A stretch of 64,000 nt of DNA, taken from assembly GCF_000150275.1 (NCBI RefSeq), contig NW_002060946.1, positions 739,562 through 803,561 of the forward strand, given 5' to 3'. This document shows, one piece after another, positions 1 to 14,600 of this stretch. The first letter of the stretch is position 1. Every line of letters begins with the position of its first letter. Below the pieces are notes generated by a model. The model did not search any database. It was given only the letters and a program-made list of their open reading frames with translations, and was not told where the DNA came from. Origin of the DNA: Trichoplax adhaerens (lineage: Eukaryota > Animalia > Placozoa). The position numbers and the translations under genes are program-made.

Positions 1-395
1 AGCTGATGATTGCCATATTTTGTTATGCAGATACTGTGTTAGAAACATGTAGACTATGACGTCAAGTGTAAACACCATTTTAAACCTTGCGTGTATGACG
101 TTAGGCAATAAATATGATATGACATCAAAAGATGGTACAGCAAGATTCCTAATGCGATCAACTTGTATAGGAATTTATCGTCTTATCGTTGATGATTGAC
201 TGTTAATTCAAAGATTTTTGTACCTATTTGAAGTTTTGATACTAGAAAGCGACATCTTTGTGAAGAAACTGAGCAGCACTGCAAGAGTAGTACGATAGAA
301 AAATGGATCATCCATATACTGTAGACGTCTACATGCTAATACTATTGATCGTTCTTATCGGTAGAATAACATTTTTGTACAGTAATCTCGTTTAC

Positions 396-589
396 CTGGT
401 GCTATCAGTGATTGGGCCAGGTTTCTCACCACATTTGATCAGCTCTGCTTTGAGCTCAGCGTTGCTTAATTCAGTAAGACTTTTACGTTCACCATTGATA
501 ACGTCAAACATAAGTGTGTTGATATCTACTGTAGCTTCCTTCCGTTTAGTCGTTGACTTTCTACTTCGTTTTAATGGTGGTGTAGCCAT
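396..589 (-). CDS. First coding exon of a LEM-domain nuclear-envelope protein (emerin/LAP2/MAN1/ANKLE family); gene continues off the left edge
   Basis: ATG at 589 gives MATPPLKRSRKSTTKRK...LTELSNAELKAELIKCGEKPGPITDSTR, a typical LEM motif (L-S-x-x-E-L...L...G-x-x-P-G-P-I-T-x-x-T-R). It ends at a GT donor (accag|gtaaa, 396/395). The family member cannot be resolved from this exon alone. Confidence 0.85.
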
Positions 590-1296
590 TGCCAAACTTT
601 GAACGAGTCAGTCAGTATACAGTTCAATACACTTCAAATATGTAGACTAGTTACCGTTCGAAAGTACGGTAGGCTCTTTTTCGGCTTTCTTTGACTTGCT
701 AGAGCTGTTGTTATGAAATGTAAGATAGTTACAGAGGACTTCTTAATGCCAGGAATACTATTGTAACAACAGTGGCTATTTTTTTCAGCCTTTCCTTGAG
801 TTGTTCCTGTTGACAAAGTCAGTGATTTGATACTGAGTCACACTGTAATCTTAGCTTGGCAGATTCTACAGTGATCCAGTCAGCACGACTATGTTGGTGA
901 AATCTCTCCTTCTTAGGACACGGATTGGCGTAGAACTACTGTACGTATTCATTTTTCAGCATTAGGGTCAAAGGACAGATAAACGCATACAGTTTTAATT
1001 ATCAACTGAATTAGTTGTTTAGAAGAACGTCTAGTCTTGTTTTATGTTAAGTATGTTAGCTAAGCCAGTAAATTTCATGGCATAATTTTACGTTTTTATC
1101 ACTGAAATTCTTCACTTACCGCACCATCAAGTCCGCTGGAAAAATTGATTCAATGGCTGTCAATTTACCAATTATAATGTATTTAAATGATGCTTCACGG
1201 TACAGTACAGTATGACATGAAGCGTTTCAATTGTTTTTGTGTCAAACGTACAGTACTGTAGCTCTAGTCAAACAACACAACAACCGATCGATGTTC

Positions 1297-1445
1297 ACAC
1301 TGAGTACAGTACACTGAGTACAGTACACTGAGTACAGTACACTGAGTACAGTACAGAATTGTACTGTAGAGCATGAACTCCTATAAAGGATCTACAGTAC
1401 AGTACTGTACTGTACTGTACTGTACCGTACTGTACAGTACATACT
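1297..1445. repeat. 14-bp tandem repeat (ACACTGAGTACAGT x4) followed by a (GTACT)n microsatellite
   Basis: Seen directly: acactgagtacagt repeated four times at ~1297-1352, then cagtacagtactgtactgtactgtactgtac at ~1395-1440. Confidence 0.9.
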
Positions 1446-4400
1446 GTACACTTCGCAACGATTTGCAAGTACATTTGTACAGTACAGTTCACATCAACTT
1501 GACACATCAGTTAACTCGCTGTAATTGATTAATTTATTATGATAAAGTAAAATAAAATGAAGAGGATATAAAAATTAATAATGACCGTCATAATATGCTA
1601 TTTTCTTCTTCATTTGATAATTATAATTATCACTAGCCAGCCTTAGATAACTCCATATTGAAGTAGTGCGTCAGAAACAGTGATTTCCAGCTGTAGCGTA
1701 CGCACACTCGTACGGCAGTTTACAGTATACTGCAAACACTAAGGTTGCATTGCATTGTACAAAGCACAACGTGGTGCTCCACTAAAGCAGCATGGTTCAA
1801 TAGTTCAATCTATAAACTCCAAAGGTTGATTAAATATCGACAGTAAACTTGGCTGCATATGGTGGTTGGGTTGTCAATTTCATCATGTCTATAAAATGTC
1901 TACAGTACAGTATATTCATTGAGTTAACCACACGAACTTTTATCGCACGCTCAAGTAACGAGTGGATAAACAGCAGTACAATTAAACATTATATTATCAA
2001 CAACGCTGCGTACAGTATGGACGTACATGAGCAGAATTGGGTTCAGCATGGAGATAAGAATAGGTTATGGCGGCATGCTACTGACCAGAAATTAGAAATC
2101 CTTAGTTTCTCACGTTTACAGTAGTATAGGAGACTGCAAAAATGATCTTTGGTGACATTTGGGCGTAGCTCATGACCTCAGAATTTTTAAGATCCAAACA
2201 GCGAAACAGAATTGAAGTGAGATCATGTTTTTGTTTATAAGTTAAATTTTTGAACCCAATACTCTAAAGTCGATAGCGTTGTGTATGGTTATCAGAGTCT
2301 AATGCGCCCGTAAGCCATGTCATATTTAAATTTTTTTTAATTTGTATTTCATTTCGTTTACTTCATCTATGGCCGTTGAATTCCTTCTAAAGGGGTTACG
2401 GAGCTTATATCTTTAGCTGTTCAACATTCAGTTGCGCTAATGCATTACCACTGGGGGTTCAAGATACGGCCTTGACCTATGGCACTTTGCACACGTTGCA
2501 TTGTTGTGCCAAGTAGTGTACACTGTACAGCACGTAATAAGTAATCCAATTATTGAGATCTAGTACAATATAAACTAAAGATATAGCGTAAATATATTAT
2601 GAACAAGTATCTAGAAACTAGCTATATTGTATAGCCTATATATCGTACGTAACTCTTATACGTGATTAGTAACGTCAACAGATTATCTGAATAAACCAAT
2701 GTTGTCCGTTGTGTCCAATTAGTGTGTGGATTACTAAATCATATTTACGGTATACCTTGCAAAGTGTTTATAGTATTTTTATTCTACCTTATAAAAGATA
2801 GCAACATAAAAATAATAACAATAATAATAATAATAATGCTATGTTTTTTGTATTTTACCGAAGGATAACTTGGCATAATATAAGAGGTCAAGATCTAAAT
2901 TATATTTTTATTTCAATGTGTAGATGCAACTACTTCGGTGTATGGAATGTACTTCCATGGATTATGGAGCTATACATGTATACTTGTAAAACGTATAATA
3001 AGACTTATTTGCTTACAGTTTTAAAAATCTGAAAATATGCAAACTTGCAGTTCTTTGATATATCTAAATCGAATAAACCAATGTTTACAACTTTATCGCA
3101 AGCGCTTATCAAATTTTGTTTATACGTTTTATTACCCTTTTTTTTGGACGATAAAGTGTTATTGCATGCTACGTGAGTGAATTTTAGATTTTAAATATAC
3201 TATGCTTCTAATATTTTCTTTGTACGAAAATGTTTTTACTTCTTGACCTTAAACTTTTAAGTTAACACTACTATATAGTAAATAACTAAATATTTTAGGC
3301 ATTTAATCTAGATTGATAGTAAACAAGAATGAAAGACTTGTGAATCATTGTCACTATATATATAATACTCGTATATATCGTATGCATACATTCTTAAATT
3401 ATTATTATAATTACATATTATATGTTTGTAAGTCTGTATTGCTTTTCAACATTGTTTCGAAGAGTTTTAGGTCGAAGTCGTAAGGGATCGGGTATACACT
3501 ATACAGCTGCTGTATCTTCAATACTATACAAAAACAAAAACGGCGATCAACGAGTGATTTAAACCATATACGCATATTTTTATATGGCAGTCTGTTAAAT
3601 CAGATAAAGGTAACTTTTACGGCATAACAAGTGCTATGTGCAGGTAGCATAATAATGGATCGCTAGAAGCTACAATGTAGCTGCTACATTGGATTACTGA
3701 TAGTACTGTAGCTCATGTGTCATCAGCTCTTACAATATACAGCATAATAATCTTGGAAGTGTAAATTAATTGACTCTAACGTATTGATTGCAACATCAAG
3801 ATTTATAAATGGCGATTTAATAGTCATAGAAATTATAATTGCTATAACATTATACAGTATAATCCTTTACTAGCGTATGTACAATGTACAGTACTCACCG
3901 TGCTCTGAGTTATCTACAGTATATTATGGATTGAAAGTGACCAAGTATTTACTACATACAGATGAAAACTTCAACAGTCGGTTGGACTTTTTAGCCTACC
4001 GTATATTGCACTGTCTAGCAGTTGCCCTGCTGATGTAAATTAATGCTGTAAAGTCCGTTGGCTGTACAAACAGTTGAATTTTGGTACATAATTATAATGG
4101 CACATGCTGTACACTGTACAATATATATATATATAGTATCCACATTGCATTTTCTAGTTTCTGGTCGATGGAGCGGAAAGGTTCAATATTTTGAGCAATA
4201 TAAGTGAATGAGGGATAAATAACAGGGGATTTTTTCTTTACTGTTAATTAAATAAATGTGCCCATAAATAAAGTACAGTAATGTGGCTGTACTTCAGTTT
4301 ACGTAGATGGGTCAAAAATGTTCTGTAGGAGTGCCTGCTTGTACTTGACAAATTTAAATATCTCTTTCTTTGCTTTCTTTTAGACAGCACATGCATAGTT

Positions 4401-5649
4401 TGATGAAAATTTTAATTTGCTGTTAATTAAATTAATTAATTCATCTGGAATTGTCAGTATACTAGTAGTACGATACAGTACTACACGTAAGGATTTTGAT
4501 GCTCATTTGCAGCTTCCTGCTTTTTTGTCATATCGAATAGCTCCTCAAATAGGCTCATTTTGTAGACATTCTAGTTCTCTATCATAACTGGTCAATCCCT
4601 CGTTGATTCTACTCTACTTCGCATACCATACCATGCTCTTATTTCTACTTTTTACTTTACGTTATTATCCCTATCCCTTGACTAATTCCAGTACTCTACG
4701 TTACAGCCTGATTACACTCCTTTTATTGTTACAGTATCGTCCAATATCAGTAACTACTGTCCTGTATATCGTCAGATTGTGCATTTTGGGGAATGTGGAC
4801 TACTGTTTTGTCACTGACTACTAGAGTACTGTACTATCAATAGGTGTAATGACACAGACTATACCGATTAAAGAAAACAATTTGCCTTTGATGGCTGACT
4901 GAATATTGCAAAATTAATGTCACCACTGTGCTTTTCATAGTACAGACTTGTATTCTCTATAGTGAATCTGTTATTACCGACTACTCACTGCAATCAAGCA
5001 AGAAAGCAGTCGTACAGTGTACAGTACAGCGTGCCTCTACAGTACTGTACTGTAGAGTGGATGAGAAAAAAGCTTTTTCTTTTACCCCTATGCTCGGACA
5101 TAAGTTACTATAAGACAGTACAGTATGACAGCAAGTGACTGCACGGGTACGGATAGACAAACGACTACAGTGTAAAGTAGAGGCAGGCGATTGTAGACAA
5201 CAAGGGCCGAAAAACGACTCACCAATTGCGTCAGCAATTGGCATTTCATATGGATGACTATCGGCTACACTGACGTTTGCTACATACTATCCTATACTAG
5301 ATGCACGCTGCGCAATACAGACTCTTGCTTGTATAGGCTAGCGTTCAAATTGGCATTTTTTAGGGGGAACGTTATTACAGTAAATAAAACGACCAACCAC
5401 TGAGAAGTTGCTCATCTCTCTCCACTATGTTATAGATATTCAAAATAAAAGGGGGGAATCTATTCTATTCAGTTAATACTACAGTATACTACGCTATTCT
5501 AGCTTATAGGATATTATTATTTTATATTGGCGACCAGTGCAACACCATATTTCAACCGTTTTCATACATAGACTGACATTCAAATTAACTCCTACCGTTG
5601 AGTTCACTACCGGTTGAATTATTGACAATTGTTGAATAATATTATTGTT

Positions 5650-8600
5650 ATGGTCATGGATTACGGTAATCAAGTTATCCTATCTGAAGATATTGATGAA
5701 AACTACGAACCAACAGAGGAAGGTAAGTCATCAAAGATTAATGATACTGTATAGATCTCTATACAAATCACACATTGAAATCGATCTCGACAACAATGGA
5801 GAGTGTTGATATCTAGAAAAGATCAAACGATGCATGTAGATAACAGCTTGCTTTTTTAAGATTATGTCCAACTTACAGGGAACAGGAGATAGATATCGTA
5901 AACGATAGACCATCATTACAGTACAACGATATGGGTGATCGATATTCATTGATACCTATTGAATAAATGACTATGCGACTATAAACTGCCCTTTAAAATC
6001 ATCCAGAACTACACGTTTCTTCAATGGATCACACTCGTATATTCAACGTTTGAGGACTGCAATTATTAATGAATAAATCTCAATTTGTACACTACTGGAT
6101 AGTATATACTTGTATCATAGACGATGACACGGTAGAAGTTCACTTAACCTTAAAGATTCCCTTGTACCCTAATAACTGAGAGAAAAATTTTCAATCTTTG
6201 TTCTGTTCATTTATTATCATTAAATATTGATGCAGAACTGCTATACTATGGTAATACTTCATATACGGTATATTCGAATAAACGCCTAAAATAAACTTCT
6301 CCAGAAATTGCAACCGCCTTCTTAAATTACTGTATTAAACGAGAATATTGATCAGGTAACTTTTTATTCACTACCACTATCTCAAGTTTAAATCCGTAAT
6401 AACTACGGGAATAATAATATTCTGGATATAATATTCACGCAAGGCAATAATTAGTTGTTGTTATTTATTTATTTATTCATTTATCAGTACTATAGCATAC
6501 ATACAGTAGAATATAGTATACCGATATTAATTCAACATGAAAATTAAAAGTGATTATACACTCGATGGAATCGTTATGTACTTCCGAAAGGATATTATTA
6601 CTACATGCGTGTGTCTGTGTGCAGTTTTCTTCTAGCACTTAGGGCTATATCAAAGATGCTTACAAGTGCAACACGTAAACGATGATAGCGTTCTATTAAA
6701 TATTCTTTAGATACTAGAAAATGTACCGATTTAGCATTATAATTAAAGGATACAAAATTAAAATTTGTGATTGAACAACGAGATGCCTTACCATAAATAT
6801 TCGATCAGCACGCAGTGTAACAAGTTGCACAGTTAATTATAATTTACAGATGAACTTGTTATTGATCTTACTAAATAGCACAATCATAATCGTATGCCTA
6901 TACATCGTATATAATGCGGCATTGTATCTTCTTTACATTTGTTAGAAATTCGTGAATATGCTACTGTTATTGGTATTGATCCTGACCTTGAGCCTGAACT
7001 AATGTGGATTGCTAAAGAAGGAATTAGTGCACCATTACCACCTGATTGGAGACCATGGTATAGCATTATTTTCATGCGCAATCATGATTTATAATATTAT
7101 GCTACTGTGTAATTATAGCAACTGACCAACAAATTACAATATCAATTTAATCACTTTTATTTGCATATTTATCAGCTGAAATACGAATTTATATCACATC
7201 TATTATGATCTTTTAATTTTTTTCCAAATTTTGCTGTTATATTTGTATACATATCCGATAGCCAAGATACCAACGAAGATATATATTACTTCAATTTCGC
7301 ATCTGGTGAAAGTACTTGGGATCATCCATGTGACGAATACTATCGTAGGATGGCAGAAGAAGAAAGACAACGACCAAAAACCACAACGAAGAGACCACAT
7401 CGAGATGATCACGATCGTGACAATAAACCGAAAGCTAATTCTTCATCAAGCAAAGTCCTATCGGCACCTGTTAGTAATCGATAAAAAAGGAGCCTTCTTT
7501 TATTGGATATTTATTAACTTACGTTCTCTAGTATTGATGACTCTAATTTGAATTGAATAGCACAATACGTAATAGTCTTAAACGTACTAGCTATGCCTGA
7601 CTAGGACTATTTATACAGATTATAGCCAAAGAACCATTGCAACCTTTAAATCGACATGCAGCATTGGTTAGTATATATCTATTAAATATCAATTGAATTA
7701 ATACTCTAAAAGTCTTTATGTATGTTTTGTATATCTCGTATAGAATATATAAGCCTTTGCACATTGCACTATCCATTGAATAATTAATTTTATATGATAT
7801 TATAGGGTTCAATAAATGATCACGGTAAAGATAATGAACTTATTGACAACAGATCGCACTATAACAAGACAGCATCAGGATCTTTGGAAGGAATGAAAAT
7901 CCAAGATCAACAAAGTATGAATGTTGATGAAAGGATAACTGATATGGACGATGAATACGATATTCAAGACGTGCCCAGCGATACTTTAAGCAGTAAAAAC
8001 GACATGAAAAATTTATATATAGGTGAAGATATTCATTTAATGCCAGAATTATCCGATTGCGATAGCCAGGTATGAATCATAGGTTAAAAATCTTCTATTT
8101 AGTATAGTTTAATCTTTATCTAAGAATTTACATATTAATATAAAACTGAGTATGTAATGTATAAAGTGTTGGGACAGATTTACCTAAATACAGTAAACTC
8201 ATAATAAAAAATTGCTGTAATAGAGCATTAAATATAGAAAGTACGTTCTAGTAAAATAATGACTAAATCCAATGTGATACTTTAGATAGCATCAATACTT
8301 TGTGCTAATCTTATTATAAATTACACGTAATAGAAAAGTTCCGATTTTCATCTCAACATTAAAGATGTCAAGGAGCTAGACTATGAGGTAAGAAAGACAA
8401 TGGAAGGCACTTGCATGATGTATCATTAGATAAAATTTATTTTATGTGTAGTCTAAAGTGGTTATTCGACTGGCGCAATAAGAAATAAATAATTGTAATA
8501 TCAATGTTAATTTAAAGGCATCAGATCTAGACTCCGATGTAAGATTAGATAAAGAAGGAGAAAAAGTGCATCTAGCTCTATCAAGTTCTGATTTGTCTAT

Positions 8601-11600
8601 TAGCGACCATGGAGAAGTGGTATTGATAACATTAATAATTGCTTTTATTAATTATGACATAAAATACATAATCTTATTCAGTTTTAGCTCTAGCATTGTT
8701 AGAATTTATAACAACTTTTTAAATAGACGAGGAAACAATTTTTCTTACTTTGAACTGTTCTATTTATTTTTTCAGGTTTTCCCCATCATATCAGATGCAT
8801 CAAAAGAACAAGGCGAACGCAACGACGAACGCAACGACGAACGCAAAGACGATAAGGAATCTACTCATGGTAAAGTGTCTTTATCAACAAAATCTGCACA
8901 AGGAATAGAGGAAAAGGTTAGCTCCTAATATACAGTATTTTACGAAGAGAACACTGACCCATAATTTTATGATAATTTTAACGTAGTTATATAAACTATA
9001 CTCCATCATATTGAAAGCACTTGATATTGCTAACGAGTTTAACTGATTAATTAGACACCACAAATTCAAACTAAGAGCGTAGTCAAAGAAATGGTAGATA
9101 CAGCCATACAATGCTCGTTAGAAAACGCAAATCAAGCAATAAAGGACTTAAAATTAACTCATCAAGAGGAAATTGAAATAGAAAAGAGAAAATTAAAGCA
9201 ACAAAATGATGATATTATCGATCAATATAAGAAAAAATTAAATACCGAACAAAGAAACGAAGAAACTCGATTACGTGCTGAAAAGGAAACATTACTAAAC
9301 AAATTTCGATTACAGGTCAGCTCAGTAATATTTTATTTAATATACATGACGTACGCGTATGTACAGGAATTATTATTTTTAAGATAAAAAATAAGCTGAA
9401 ATATACTCAACTTTAATTATTAAATTTCTCGACTATTCTTGATTGTTTTCTCTGAGTAATTTATAGGTAGCTTATGACATAATTATATTTTATTGCATTT
9501 CAATGTAACCTTCACCAGCCATAATCTTACATTCCTGTAAATTCTATACAGTTCATTTTAAACCAGTAGTTCATAAATAATTATGTCTTACTGATTAGAT
9601 CTTATTGTAATTAACTTGTGTTTTTAGACGACAATATAGATAATTATAGCAATTTAAGTATTGCAATTTTAAATTGATCAGATTAAAGATATGCAAGGCG
9701 AAGAAGAAAAATCTCTAAGGCAAGAGAAAGAAATTGAATTGAAACAATTAAGAAGTAATTTAGCGGCTGAAGTTGCCAAAGAAGAAAGCCGTTTAAAGTA
9801 TGTTTTATCATAAATTTTCTTAGTTTTTCGGCTTGTCGACATGATATGCCCCTAGTGATTGTTAATGCTCGATTATAATTGCATAAGAATGACTACGTAA
9901 TTTCACACTAGCAACTCGCTACAAGATTATCAAGTTTGTATCTTGAAGTGCTCAACACCTACTGCTTATTCATACTATGCTAAGCTTAGCTAATTCTCAT
10001 GTTTGATATTGATCATGGACTTTGTATAAAAATTTTTAAGATTTTCGCATAGCTTTTACCTCAATTTTAACTGAAATTTTATGATAATTTCTATAATAGA
10101 ATGGAGAAAGAAAAGAAATTGCAAGAAATGAAGCTTAGTATTGATAGAGACTTTAAAGAAAAAGAGGATATTTTAAATAAAGAGAAACAACAAATAACTC
10201 AACAATTACAGGATGCTAGACAAGAAGAAAAGAAACGAATGATGGAAGAGATCCAAGAAAGTGTTCAACAAGAAAAGGATTCTTTAAAACATAAACTACA
10301 AATTGATAAAGAAAAGGTTCAGACTATAATGGGTCTTGATACCCTTTAGACTTAATTACGATGAAGTTTTCTCTGCTGTTATATTAAACTAATTTAACCA
10401 TATACGTGTTTTCTTGAGATATAATTTAATATCAACATTTTTGGTTGTGATATTCATTGCGAAAGGAAATTGATGATTATTGTCAGCAATTACAGTATGA
10501 AAGCCAAGAAACAGAACAACGACTACAGAATGAGTTTAATAAGGTAACAAAGGTGTCAATGAATTGCTTTTCTTTTGAATATTATTCTCCTTTCGTATCT
10601 ATTTAATTAAGTATCATCTTGGAGTTTGCTGTAAAAAGTTAAAAACAAATTTTAACAAAACAATATGCTTAAACCTATTAAGTAATATATTTATATGATC
10701 TTGATAACAGAAATTGACTCAATTAAAAGATCAATTGGAGAAAGATTATCAAAGTGAAGAAATTAAATTAAAAGAAGACATCAAGACCAAAACGGAAGCT
10801 TTACGCGAACAGCGACAACAATTAGAAGATGTAAATATACCTTTATATCCAATATTAGTTCAATACATACGATTAAAATGTTGAAATTACGATTCTCTTC
10901 CATTAATTATATGGACCAATGTTACTGTAAATATATTTAATTATTTCAATTCGTACGCTATCACTACAAACAATACTATAGGTTGAATTATAGATTTGCA
11001 TTGGAGAGTATTGTACTTCATAGTATTTTACTCTACCAGCTATTGCGAGTACTTCTGAAGAATATTTAGTAGATATATAACTTCTCTTTGATGGAAGATA
11101 TTGTAGTACTTAGTTATTCGTTAATACCTTGTTAAATACTAAATTAAGATAAAGTATTTAATAGTCTGCAAAGCGGAGTTGACAAAATGTGATCCAGAAA
11201 ATTTATTCATTATATTACAGGAAGAAAAAAATTTTAATGAAAATGTAAAGCAAACTGAAAACGAACATTCTCAAAAATTGGTAAAATGATCACATTTGTT
11301 AAGAACAGTTACTAAATGTTCCTAATTTGCTGACGAATTAGATCCTGTAAGATTTTTTTTGAGTCAAGTACACTATACAATTATGCTATTATAATTATAG
11401 GAATTGATGAAAAAAAATTTAGATGAGCAACACAAAAATGAGTTAAACAAATTAAGAGATGAGGTATTTCATATACCGTTGAAATAAAATACTCGTATCA
11501 ACCGTTTACGAATTTAGTCAGCTAAATCAAGTAAAGCTAACGTTTCTCAAGATATATTATCTCCGTTCTGTCTATCTTTTCCATGCAGCAAGATAAATAC

Positions 11601-14600
11601 GTTCAAGCGCTTTGCAAAGAACAAGATGAAAAGTTGCAGCAAATTCTCATGGTAATAAACCGTAAAAGATCTAGTAATATAATTAATTTTCTTGAAATTA
11701 GCGGATTTTATATACATATGTTAATATAAAGTATAACATTATCATAGAAAAGAGATGTTATGACATTGTTATCGACTTCATCATGCTACAATTTTATAGA
11801 ATTATGAATCTCGGACAGATCAAATTAAAGATGAGTGGGAGAAGAAATTGTCTTCGATTAAAGCCAGTTATGAGAGTAAAGTATGTAGTAATTGTTATAC
11901 TATACGAGATATTGCTCTATTAAATGTTAAATTCTATATTATTCTATATGTATTCATGAGATTTTATCTACATGTATCTAACAGACACTATAGTGCTAAA
12001 TTTGTAATAGCAATAAATATTTATAATCTAGACTTATCACAGCAATTAATATAACTGAATAACAAATGATTTTTTTTCATTGCTGACAATATCTTCGCCT
12101 TCTATATTGTCATCTATATATATCGCACTAGTATGTTTACGTGATTTTCCTATAATCTCGCTAGATCATGACGGCAAATCTTTCATAGATTAGTACAACA
12201 CTAGTTAGGCTCATATTTCTTGGATCTATCGTAATAGCTGGGCATTACATATTTCTTTAGTCTTTAAAAAATAAATGTCAACATGCTATCATAGCATCGT
12301 CTGTTATTTTCAATGCCTTACTGTATACTAAAATTGTTAGTTATTAGTTTAATTGATGCTTTCCATCGTTATTATGCAAGGCATCTTAGATAACTTTTGA
12401 TTTATCAATAGAACAAAGTTTTACTAGAATTAGAAGCTGATATTGAGGCCAAGAAGTCAAAATTAGAGGTGTCGAGTAAGGATGCTGATGTGAAGGTGAG
12501 TACGGTGAAGCAACTAATATTGACATTATATCTATGCCAACCAAAATCATGTCAGTTCATTGCTCCTATTGACAGCGAATTCTAAGGATAAAAATTAATT
12601 TAACTTCATTTGTTGCTGCGATTGGATGAAATTTTAGTTACAAGAGTCGTTAGCTGTTGAATTTGATCAAAAGATTAAAGAACTAAAACAACAACAACAT
12701 GATTTAGAAGCTGCTATTGATAAAAGTCGTCAGGAGACTAAGAGTTTACAAAGGTATGAATTTCATAAAGTAACAACTGATAGAAGATGGATTCATTACC
12801 AAATTTACTGAAAGCTGTATTATTAATTAATTGTAATCAGTGAGAAGAATCGTCTAAAGCGAGAATGTCAAGAAATTCTTGAAAAAAAGACGATCTATCA
12901 ACGGCAAATCGAGTAAGAGAATTTTAATAGATCACTGACTTAACATATAATTAAAAATATTGCAATAGAAATAATCTGTATCGTACGTTATCGACAAAAA
13001 GATCGAGTTCTAGAGCATGAAATACTACGGAATTGGATGTAAAAGTAAACTCACTTTCATAAAGCCGTTATTGATATTGCAATCGCAAGCGAAGCGATAA
13101 TGTCATCCTTTATAGTCGGCCCTAATAATGATATTATATTCATACAATACATTTAGCCATCTATTTTGCATTATGTTGAATTATAATAACGATTAAAACA
13201 TGGTATGAATTAACCGAGCCTGAACATAATGTACCTTTCTTACTTTGGTTACTTTGGTTACTTCTTGGCCAATAATTGATGATATTAATATACTGTATAT
13301 TCATACGCGTATATAGCACTGTTCTTCTAAGATGTTACTAATAAGTCGTCGCCTATCTATAAAAATTAGAAACTTGTCTGATCAGGCTAGCCAACTGAAG
13401 CAAGAACCTGTCAATTATGAAGAAAACATCACAACTCCTTCAAACAAGCGTCAACACCCGAAGCGCAACCGAGACATTGAAAGAGAATTTGATCAATCTG
13501 AGGTATTTTCACTTAATTGTCATAATAGCTTGGTTTCCCTTTTAATGACGAAAATATCATTTGTTAGTACATTGATAATTTATTCTCTTTATAGGGTAAG
13601 ATCTACAATGGTAAGGCTGGTGCTAAGAACCGAATTCATCATGAAAAATCTAATCGACTAAAAGTAACTGATATGGCTCAAGGTAGAAAATTGGATATAT
13701 TGAAATGAGAAAGCTCTTAAATAGTTCAGAAATCCCCTCGCATATTTGCTTTATTTAATAATCTTAGAAAATTTCTTTATTTTTCGATCTAGATCGTCTG
13801 AGTAGCGATGACAATGAAGTAGTTTATAGCACCAAACCATCCCGATTCCAACAAGATTATAATATCGTAAGACGTGGTGAAAGCGCACATGTTAGGAATG
13901 AAATTGAAATGGAAGATTTAGACTATATTGATGAGTAAGAATTTTAGATACACGGTTTAATTAATCCATAGCAAAAAAGAATCAGAGCATTTCATACAGA
14001 AAAATTTCAGCCGTATCTTCTTTATGAACCATATTAACTCCCGCTACAGAACGTCTGGTGAAAGATTAGAAGATGAAAATCGAGCCATTAGAAATGCTAA
14101 ACTTTTACTTCAGCAACAAAAATCACGATTAAAAGAACGTCAGGTTTATATCAAATTATTACACTAATTATGTTTACCATTTTTAGTGTCTTAATTCGAT
14201 ATCTTTCATACGATTTAACGTTTTATTGCACCCGTCTTACAATTATTGTTCAATAATAATTATTAGGCATCATTGAAAGAGCTGCAAGATGAATGGAAAA
14301 CAGATGTTAACCGGTACTTAGGATCCGGCAAAGTATGCAAGCTGCAACTGTCGGAGTTTTGAAACTACCGCTCAGTTACGGGAAATCATTATTGATTTAT
14401 ATTGCTCTTTACGTTACTTAAATGATTTATACCAAAAATACTGTATTACTTAATCCGCGTCGATAATTTGTAGCTTAATTATTATACTTATTTCTATGCT
14501 ATAAACTTTCCAGAGCTCATCTTCAGCTAGTGTATCGCTGTTAAAAAATATCAAATCAAAAATTGATCAGGTGGGTATCGACGTACGTGCAGTTGAATAA

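Noticed and set aside
303-602. 99-aa + strand ORF, and similar shadow ORFs (21797-22027, 36833-37156, 40300-40527, 53970-54182, 18920-19165)
   Set aside because: They are antisense or off-frame shadows of real exons on the other strand or frame.
1297-1352. Regular short repeats as a CRISPR-like array
   Set aside because: There are no unique spacers or cas genes, and the context is eukaryotic; this is a simple tandem repeat.
1295-1507. ORFs rich in V/Q/Y/C/T/S (also 4928-5244, 24517-24765, 53423-53608)
   Set aside because: They are translations of the CAGTA/TACTG repeats, not proteins.
2924-3030. Possible exon encoding YFHGLWSYTC (claudin-like GLW motif)
   Set aside because: No flanking TM-encoding exons or consistent gene model were found; likely chance.
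8815-8850. 12-bp repeat encoding ERND x3 in CEP164
   Set aside because: Ordinary slippage in a disordered linker.
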